43,310 nt of DNA from Promethearchaeota archaeon (GTDB lineage Archaea; Asgardarchaeota; Hermodarchaeia; Hermodarchaeales; Hermodarchaeaceae). Below are positions 36,146 to 43,310 of the stretch, in pieces (position 1 is the stretch's first letter; every line of letters starts with the position of its first letter). The notes beneath the pieces are model-generated. The model saw only the letters and a list, made by a program, of their open reading frames with translations. It was not told the origin of the DNA and ran no database searches. The stretch covers positions 1-43,310 of the forward strand of contig JBHLPH010000017.1 in the NCBI GenBank assembly GCA_048939625.1, read 5' to 3'. Both the position numbers and the translations under genes were made by a program.

Positions 36146-37003
36146 TTAGGTTTGTTCATTGATAGTCGCTTGCGTAGTTTCGAGTTGGGGTGATGGGGGT
36201 TGGAATTGATAGTGCCTGGCAAAATAGATGAACAATGCAGTTAGAGTTATCACGTACGCAGTAATCTCGATCAGTGAAGGGTTCCCATTATATCCTACCA
36301 GCCCTTTCAACACTAATCCGAAGGGGCTGTTTTCAGAGAGTATGAAATTAATGTCCCAAACATGCTCAATGAGAATTGGAACGACTCCTGCCTCTTGTAA
36401 TTCATGAATGCCGTAAGCAATCATTCCGGCAGCAAAGAAGATAAGAAAAATACTGGTGATTCGAAAGAACGTTCGGAGACTGAATTGTTTTGTTCCAGCA
36501 AAATAGATGTAGGCAATCCCAATTGCTACTGTAAAACCTAAAAAGGCCCCAAGCCAAATCGCGCCTTCACTAAGAGGCAGTACAGCGAGGAACAGTACGG
36601 TCTCCACACCTTCCCGAAGCACAGCTATGAAAACAATCATGAAGATTCCAAGCGTGGCAGTCATTGTTGCGGCGGTTTTTTGTTCGAGTTCCATTTGAAG
36701 AGCCGGTCCTTTGCGGTCCATCCATATAATCATTGAAATTAACAGACCCGCGGCAATCAATGTCGTGATTCCTTCAAAGATTTGGGCACTAGGTCCACTA
36801 AATCCGCCAGCTAACCACTGAAACCCGAGGGCAAAGGCGATGCTAACGATGATCGCGGAGACTACCCCCGCAAAGACTTGCCAATATCTTTGAGAGCCTC
36901 CAGTTCGAGCAAGAAAGGCTAACACAATCCCCACAATAAGGGCGGCTTCAAGACCTTCACGCAGAGCTATGATAAATCCGGCAATCATGATAATTCCGTC
37001 CAC
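36146..37003 (-). CDS. ftr1: FTR1/EfeU-family iron permease
   Basis: Two REGxE motifs (LREGLEA, LREGVET); GIHELQEAG; GY...PS. Confidence 0.9.
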   Translation of the reverse strand: MDGIIMIAGFIIALREGLEAALIVGIVLAFLARTGGSQRYWQVFAGVVSAIIVSIAFALGFQWLAGGFSGPSAQIFEGITTLIAAGLLISMIIWMDRKGPALQMELEQKTAATMTATLGIFMIVFIAVLREGVETVLFLAVLPLSEGAIWLGAFLGFTVAIGIAYIYFAGTKQFSLRTFFRITSIFLIFFAAGMIAYGIHELQEAGVVPILIEHVWDINFILSENSPFGLVLKGLVGYNGNPSLIEITAYVITLTALFIYFARHYQFQPPSPQLETTQATINEQT

Positions 37004-37019
37004 CTAGGCAAACTATGTT

Positions 37020-37035
37020 ATTAGGCACGCCTAAT
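37020..37035. promoter_or_regulatory. Palindromic DtxR/MntR-like operator
   Basis: ATTAGGCACGCCTAAT between the divergent FTR1 and TMEM165 genes. Confidence 0.65.
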
Positions 37036-37154
37036 TTAAAAAAAATTAAGCGAGCTTAAACTATAAACTTTCTGAACTAACGAAACAGTAAAACCGCTTC
37101 GAGTTCCTCAGCACCCATTAAGCATTTAGCGCTACGAAAAACCAGGTTGAAATC

Positions 37155-37745
37155 GTGAGTATCTTGCTAGTGCCATTATTTTTTACTGCATTTTTTTTGG
37201 TCCTGGTAGCAGAACTAGCAGATAAGACGCAACTTGTCACGTTCGCTCTCGTCGCTGAAACCGGAAAACCCACTCAAGTGTACCTCGGAGTGCTAGGTGG
37301 CCTGTTCACCGTGACAGTCCTTGGTGTCTTCGTGGGTTCTCTTATTGGGCTTTTTGTGCCGCTGACCCTGATTCAACTTATCGCTGGACTTGTGTTCATT
37401 ATTCTTGGCATTTATACCATCTACAAAGCGAGACGCAGTGACGATGGAGATGAAGCGACAACGACCCATGGAACTCGCGTTTGGGTGCGAGCGTTTATCC
37501 TTCTGTTCTTGGCGGAATTAGGTGATAAAACCCAATTAATCGTAATTCTCTTAGCCGCCACCACTGGGCAGCTGCTCCTCGTCTTCGTCGCGGCATTTCT
37601 GGCTCTAGCCCTTGTGAATGGGATTGGCGTCTTCGTGGGTGATCGCGCCCGTAAATACCTAAGTACAACCACCATCACCTATGTCGCCGCAGCGGCTTTC
37701 ATTATTGCAGGTGCATTAGTGCTCATCGGAAGTCTACTTCCCTAA
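37155..37745 (+). CDS. TMEM165/GDT1 (UPF0016) family Mn/Ca transporter
   Basis: Two motifs, AELADKTQ and AELGDKTQ. Confidence 0.9.
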   Translation: MSILLVPLFFTAFFLVLVAELADKTQLVTFALVAETGKPTQVYLGVLGGLFTVTVLGVFVGSLIGLFVPLTLIQLIAGLVFIILGIYTIYKARRSDDGDEATTTHGTRVWVRAFILLFLAELGDKTQLIVILLAATTGQLLLVFVAAFLALALVNGIGVFVGDRARKYLSTTTITYVAAAAFIIAGALVLIGSLLP

Positions 37746-38004
37746 ATCACAACACTTCCCAACATCCAAATAGGCCCCACAAACCAAGAAACACCAAGGA
37801 GAGCAGCAACGCCATACACAAAGTAAGAAATGATAATGCACCAACATCTTTGACCTACGACACGTGGTTGCTATGGAATTGATTGCGATAATTCGCTGAC
37901 CCTAGAAATCTGCCAAATAATATCGCAGGGATCCTATGCCTGTCACACTAAGCACATTCTCCTCAGTGTTGAATTTTAATAGCTGATATTCGGTAAGTTG
38001 AGCT

Positions 38005-38829
38005 ATGTCAGTAGTAGCGGTTGTGAAAGGCGACCGAAGTCTTGACCCAGTTTTTCGGGCACTGGACTTAATTCAGTACAAGAAGGTCCTGGAGCCTTAT
38101 GATACAGTCTTAGTGAAGCCGAATCTAATCACCAGTGATCCCTTCGAGACCGGTATCACCACCGATCCCATTGTGGTAGAGGCCGTAATTAGGAAGGTTC
38201 AAGACTTGGGCAAGAAGGCAATCGTTGTAGAAACTGAAGGCGGAACCACCTCGCCGGATGATGCAATCATCGAGACTGGGATGATGGAAGTCATTGAACG
38301 GTTGGGGTCCGAATACATCAACATGGGGAAGCTCGACGATAAGGTGGAACTCGAAGTGAAGGACCACCGGGCACTCCCGACGTTTAAGGTAGCCCGGCTC
38401 GCCGTCGAGTCTGCGATTATCACGGTGCCCTCCATGAAAACGCTGCAGCATACCACGATTACTATGGGGCTGAAGAACATGTTCGGGATGCTCACAACCC
38501 AGAACAAATACGGTTTACACCCACTCGGTACGAACAATTTCATTTATGATATCTGTAAGACCCTACCACCCACCCTCAGTGTCATCGATGGCTTCTATGG
38601 TAAGTCGGGTCCAGGTCCTTGGAGTGGAACCCCTGTGAAGATGAACACCATCATTGCCAGTGTTGACCCAGTGGCAGCTGATGCAACCGCTGCACGGTGC
38701 ATTGGCATCGACCCCGATACAATCGATCATGTTCGGTGGCTCCATGAAGCGGGTATAGGTGAGATTACAGACATCGAAGTCGTGGGTGATGGCATCGAGG
38801 CTGTCTATCAGAAATGGAAGCAAGAATAG
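38005..38829 (+). CDS. DUF362 domain protein
   Basis: VLVKPNL...TTDP; K...H...TMGLKNMFG; DPVAAD. Confidence 0.85.
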   Translation: MSVVAVVKGDRSLDPVFRALDLIQYKKVLEPYDTVLVKPNLITSDPFETGITTDPIVVEAVIRKVQDLGKKAIVVETEGGTTSPDDAIIETGMMEVIERLGSEYINMGKLDDKVELEVKDHRALPTFKVARLAVESAIITVPSMKTLQHTTITMGLKNMFGMLTTQNKYGLHPLGTNNFIYDICKTLPPTLSVIDGFYGKSGPGPWSGTPVKMNTIIASVDPVAADATAARCIGIDPDTIDHVRWLHEAGIGEITDIEVVGDGIEAVYQKWKQE

Positions 38830-38846
38830 GAGAAGTGGTGTACGCA

Positions 38847-39464
38847 ATGGAACCAATTATTTTACCCGAACCTGAGAAAAAAGGTGGTAAGACGGTGCTG
38901 GAAGCTTTGCACCGTAGGCAGACGAATCGGGAGATTGATTCGAGAGAGCTGCCACTGCCGGTGCTCTCCAATCTGCTTTGGGCTGCTTTTGGCGTAAACC
39001 GGGAAACAGCTGCCTTTAACAAACCCGGACGAACCGCCCCTTCAGCAAGCAATTCCCAAGAAATTGACCTGTACGTAGCATTAAAGGAAGGCCTCTACTT
39101 GTATGAAGCCATTCCCCATCAACTGACCCCTATTTCCGCAGGGGATTTTCGCAGGCTGTCCTGCAGTCAACGGGCAGCTAGCCTCACAAGCAACACCCCG
39201 GTGAATATCTTCTACGTAGTCGATCTTTCCCGCTATGAACTGGGACCCAATCAGCCAGATCCAAGCATTGGGGATCCCGAAGTTCAGAAATCGTACTATT
39301 ACACCGATACAGGCTTTATTGCCCAAAACATCTACCTCTTTGCCGCATCTGAAGGACTCGCTAGCTGGTTCCATAACTGTGATGCGGTGACTCTCCACGC
39401 GAAATTTAATTTACGCTCTAATCAGCAGATACTGTTCGCACAAACAATAGGATACCCAAAGTGA
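38847..39464 (+). CDS. Nitroreductase family protein (SagB-like)
   Basis: ATG 38847; RRQTNRE; LSNLLWAAFG; RTAPSASN; QNIYL. Confidence 0.9.
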   Translation: MEPIILPEPEKKGGKTVLEALHRRQTNREIDSRELPLPVLSNLLWAAFGVNRETAAFNKPGRTAPSASNSQEIDLYVALKEGLYLYEAIPHQLTPISAGDFRRLSCSQRAASLTSNTPVNIFYVVDLSRYELGPNQPDPSIGDPEVQKSYYYTDTGFIAQNIYLFAASEGLASWFHNCDAVTLHAKFNLRSNQQILFAQTIGYPK

Positions 39465-39633
39465 ATGCGATCAACCATCTTCGTGCATTTCAGTATTTCT
39501 TTGACAGTCTGAGAAACCTGGTACAACGCCTATGGCATGAAAGTCAATTATAGTAACTGATAAGTCGAATAATTAGTATGACAAGATAGATTACATGTTT
39601 CTGTTATCTAGATAACCAAGTGAGGTTTAGTCG

Positions 39634-40464
39634 ATGATATGCAAAGTGCGAGATGTACCGATTCATTACAAAGTCTATGGAGAAGGTCACCCGATTATCT
39701 CACTCCATGGCTCTACCCTGGACCATCGATCAATGGTTGGATCTATGGAACCGCTATTCAAGTCCCGTAAGGGCTGGCAACGAGTCTATCCTGATTTACC
39801 GGGTCATGGAAAAACACCTGGAAAGGATTGGATAAAAACCTCGAATGATGTCTTAGAGCTCCTGTTTGGTTTTATTAATAAAATCATTCCTGAGGAGCAG
39901 TTTGTCGTCGCTGGGTTGTCCTATGGGGGATATCTTGCACAAGGGATAGTCCATAAGAAACCCGAGTTGGTAAACGGGCTTCTCTTAATCGTGCCCCGTA
40001 TTATTGGAAATCCCCGAGAAAGAACCCTTCCAACAAAAACGGTGCTCGCACGAGAGAACGAGTTCTTGGCAAAATTAAGCTCGCAAGATCGTGAAGGGTT
40101 CATGGAAGTGGCAGTGATGCAGACACACAATCATTGGCATCGCTACTCCCAAGAAGTTACTCCCGCGGTAAAAATCGCTGACATGTCATTTCTAGCACGA
40201 TTGGACCCACGCAAGGATAAATTCAGCTTCACTCTCAATCCTACCTCATTTAGGTTTGACAAACCAACGCTGATTCTGGTTGGTCGCCAAGATCATTGGG
40301 TGGGGTATCGTGATGCCTGGACTATTCTTGAGAATTATCCCCGAGCGACATTCGCGGTACTCGACCAAGCCGGTCATGCGCTCCAACTGGAACAATCAAA
40401 ATTGTTCAACAGTCTAGTAAGCGAATGGCTCGATAGAGTGGAGGCAGGGCTAGCGTCAACGTAA
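39634..40464 (+). CDS. Alpha/beta fold hydrolase
   Basis: LHG, DLPGHG, GLSYG nucleophile elbow, G.QD, AGH. Confidence 0.9.
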   Translation: MICKVRDVPIHYKVYGEGHPIISLHGSTLDHRSMVGSMEPLFKSRKGWQRVYPDLPGHGKTPGKDWIKTSNDVLELLFGFINKIIPEEQFVVAGLSYGGYLAQGIVHKKPELVNGLLLIVPRIIGNPRERTLPTKTVLARENEFLAKLSSQDREGFMEVAVMQTHNHWHRYSQEVTPAVKIADMSFLARLDPRKDKFSFTLNPTSFRFDKPTLILVGRQDHWVGYRDAWTILENYPRATFAVLDQAGHALQLEQSKLFNSLVSEWLDRVEAGLAST

Positions 40465-40687
40465 AACCAACATCTCTACTTCGTATCCCTAAAAGGCGAA
40501 TAGCACTCAGAAAAAATCGCATACGCCAACCGTATATTTCATCTAAACAGACTCGTTTTTGCCCATTTTCTTCATAGATATCATGTTGAAAACAACAACA
40601 GCTAGGTATTTTAGACACTCATTGCCCAATTGTTCGTACTAGTCTATGGTTTTTGGTCGTAGACAACGCTGTCAAGGAGGGACCATC

Positions 40688-41902
40688 TTGGCAAAATCAA
40701 TCGAACCTGTTGTATATGGATATCGTTGGATTGTCTTGTTAGTGTTTATGTTCATCGCAGCAGTTACGCAGATTTTATGGATCACCTTTGCACCGATTTC
40801 CTCACTCGTTGCTAGCCTCTACGGTGCTACCGAGCTTGATGTGGCACTGCTTTCCCTGATTTTCATGGTGGTCTACATCCCGGTCTCGATTCCCTCAGCG
40901 TATTTAATTGACAGTAAAGGCTTTCGATACGCTGCTGGTGTCGGTGCAATAATCACCGCTCTATTTGCTGTATTTCGTGTGTTTGCACCCAACTATCTCC
41001 TCTTGTTAGTTTTCTCGGCTGGTATAGCAGTTGGGCAACCCTTTGTCTTTAACAGCCCCACCAAAATTGCCCGGCGCTGGTTTCCAGCAAAGGAACGGGG
41101 CATTGCTACAGGATTAGGTACTATGGCTATTTTTCTTGGAATCATGCTGGGATTATTGGTCACACCTTTTGCTGTTGTTGGCATCGGGTTCTTTTATACC
41201 ATGGTCAGCTATGCGGTGGTCGCTGTCATTGCTGCGGTTTTGTTTCTACTAATAGCCAAAGAACATCCGCCATCCCCTCCTGAACCCGATGAACCCGAAG
41301 ACGAAAAGATGATCACGGGGCTGCGTCAAATCATTGGAATGAAACAATTCATGATCCTAATAGTCCTCTTCTTCGTCGGGATGGGCATCTTTAACGGTGT
41401 TGCTACTTGGATTGAACAAATTCTTGCAGGTCGGGTCGTTGATATCACTCAAGCTGGGATAGTGGGTGCTACCATAATTCTAGGAGGCATCATCGGAGCC
41501 GTAATCATTCCCACTTTATCCGATAAATATCAGCGCCGTAAACCGTTTATCATCCTTTCCCTCCTACTTGCCGCACCTTTCACATTCATACTAGCGTATC
41601 ATCCCGATTACACTGTACTACTGGCATCGGCATTCCTGCTGGGATTTTTCCTCATGCCCGCATTACCCCTCGGATTACAAACGGGGGCTGAAATGACAAC
41701 ACCCATTCCCGAAGGCACCTCCGCTGGAGTTCTCATGATCTTTGGACAAGCCGGTGGCATCGTCCTCATCCTCGCAATGGACGCGGCAAATTCGCTGTTC
41801 TACTCCTTCTTCTGGGCCATGATACTCCTTGTCGTCCTCGACCTACTCGCGTTACTAATCTCGCTCCTACTTAGGGAAACAATGCACAGTAAAACACAGT
41901 AG
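40688..41902 (+). CDS. MFS transporter, FLVCR/SLC49-like
   Basis: TTG after AGGAGG; VYGYRW; WITFAPI; GQPF; WFP.KER..A; 12 TM. Confidence 0.85.
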   Translation: MAKSIEPVVYGYRWIVLLVFMFIAAVTQILWITFAPISSLVASLYGATELDVALLSLIFMVVYIPVSIPSAYLIDSKGFRYAAGVGAIITALFAVFRVFAPNYLLLLVFSAGIAVGQPFVFNSPTKIARRWFPAKERGIATGLGTMAIFLGIMLGLLVTPFAVVGIGFFYTMVSYAVVAVIAAVLFLLIAKEHPPSPPEPDEPEDEKMITGLRQIIGMKQFMILIVLFFVGMGIFNGVATWIEQILAGRVVDITQAGIVGATIILGGIIGAVIIPTLSDKYQRRKPFIILSLLLAAPFTFILAYHPDYTVLLASAFLLGFFLMPALPLGLQTGAEMTTPIPEGTSAGVLMIFGQAGGIVLILAMDAANSLFYSFFWAMILLVVLDLLALLISLLLRETMHSKTQ

Positions 41903-41973
41903 CAACGTTCTCTCCCTACTATCACCTTTCCGGAATGTTTGGTGCACTCTTGACTTGGGGGAGGAAGTGGTAT

Positions 41974-43310
41974 TCATTTTCTTCTTTGTCGCCGAATGAG
42001 AACTCCTAGACCAAGTGTTCCTATTAATGCTAATATTATGGCTTCGATGGGGAAGCCGGGGACTCCAGGTGGTGCGGGGGGAAGAACGGTGACGGTGAAC
42101 GTAGCGGTTCGTGTGTTGCCATAGGGGTCAGCGACGGTTACAAGGAGACTGTATACACCGGAATCTAATGGGTCATCACTAGTGATGCGCCCGGTTCCGG
42201 AGATAGTGAAGTGCGTAGTGTCGTTAATGGTCCATTGATGAATACCAGACAAATCAGTTGCGGATAATTGGTAGTCTAATGATTCACCAGGTGCGAGAAG
42301 TTGATCCGTTGGCGTTGGATCCCATGTTGGGGCTGTTGTATCTTCAACTGTGACTTGGATAAAGGCTTGACAATAGTTGTTGGAGGGGTCATAGGCGCGG
42401 ACCTCTATATTGTGTGTTCCGACTGGTAAGGTGGCAATGCTGGAGATGAGTCCGTGACTATCAATGGCGAAATGGCTGGTGTCGTTTATCCAATAGGTGC
42501 TAATTCCCCCAAGATCTGACGCATCCAAATCGTAGCTGAAACTATCACCAAATTCGATGACCGGATTCGTTGGGGTAACATCCCAGGTTGGCATCACCGT
42601 ATCCTCAACCGTAATTGTGAACTCCATGGAACAATAGCGGCTGTAAGGATCATAGGCGCGGACTTCAAGGGCATAGATGCCAACGGGGACTAATCCCACA
42701 TTGGTTATCAGACCAGTACTATCGATTGCGAAGTGAGTGGTATCATTGAGCCACCATTGACTAATCCCTGAGGGATCAGAGGCATTGAGATTATAGCTAA
42801 ACATGTCTCCTAACTCGAACTGTTGGTCTGTAGCAGGTTCGTCCCATGTGGGGTCATTGGTATCTTGGACGATAACTTGGATGATTGCGGTGCAGTAGTT
42901 GTTAGAAGGGTCATAGGCCCGAAGCTCGACACCATAAATTCCAACGGTGAGACCAGTTGCATTCGTCAGGAGTCCATCAACGGTAATTGTGAAATGCGCT
43001 GTATCGTTAACCCAATAGGAACTAATTCCCCCATAGTCTGACGCGTTGACCTCATAAGAGAAGGCAAGGCCAAATTCCAAGAACTGATTGGATGGCACTT
43101 CATCCCAAGTGGGAGCAGTGGTATCTTGGACGGTGACCTTGAAGGTGGCAGCAGCAAAGTGGGTATATGGATCATAGGCGCGGATTTCAACCCAATAAAT
43201 TCCGACCAACAGTCCAGTGACATTACTGATATTTCCAGTTCCGTCAATCGCGAAGTGGGTTGTGTCATTAAGCCAATATGAGGCGATTCCTGAGAAGTCA
43301 AAGGCGTCGA
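41974..43310 (-). CDS. Surface protein with tandem ~87-aa cadherin/Ig-like repeats and a PGF-type C-terminal sorting signal (5'-truncated by the window edge)
   Basis: Frame open to the window end; repeats of DT..PTWD..P.....E.G....Y...A.D..GI..YW.NDT.HF.I...G; GVPGFP + TM + RRQRRK. Confidence 0.9.
   Translation of the reverse strand, partial: DAFDFSGIASYWLNDTTHFAIDGTGNISNVTGLLVGIYWVEIRAYDPYTHFAAATFKVTVQDTTAPTWDEVPSNQFLEFGLAFSYEVNASDYGGISSYWVNDTAHFTITVDGLLTNATGLTVGIYGVELRAYDPSNNYCTAIIQVIVQDTNDPTWDEPATDQQFELGDMFSYNLNASDPSGISQWWLNDTTHFAIDSTGLITNVGLVPVGIYALEVRAYDPYSRYCSMEFTITVEDTVMPTWDVTPTNPVIEFGDSFSYDLDASDLGGISTYWINDTSHFAIDSHGLISSIATLPVGTHNIEVRAYDPSNNYCQAFIQVTVEDTTAPTWDPTPTDQLLAPGESLDYQLSATDLSGIHQWTINDTTHFTISGTGRITSDDPLDSGVYSLLVTVADPYGNTRTATFTVTVLPPAPPGVPGFPIEAIILALIGTLGLGVLIRRQRRK

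Overview
A 43-kb accessory-type region from an archaeon. An Asgard- or Bathyarchaeia-like source is inferred from the PGF-type C-terminal sorting signal, methanogen-type beta-propeller repeats, TTTAWA boxes and an MBS-like oxidoreductase; no marker gene confirms it. There are about 38 mostly unrelated genes: surface/secreted proteins, small membrane proteins, a dpp/opp ABC operon, a metal-transport cluster and enzymes. No rRNA, tRNA, CRISPR array, integrase or transposase was found. Main observation: a degenerate ~50-100 bp intergenic element (core GGAAACACGGGTGTTGYACC-N7-11-GGTGGACGACCACTTTTT) recurs at least 12 times. It is always on the same strand whatever the orientation of the flanking genes, separates blocks of 1-5 genes, and decays from left to right. 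This suggests a polarised, integron-like gene-cassette array that uses a non-attC site. Its passengers include a SAM-methyltransferase/HgcA-like corrinoid/HgcB-like ferredoxin triple fusion and a NuoI-NuoB-NuoD (MBS-type) fusion with no membrane arm nearby.
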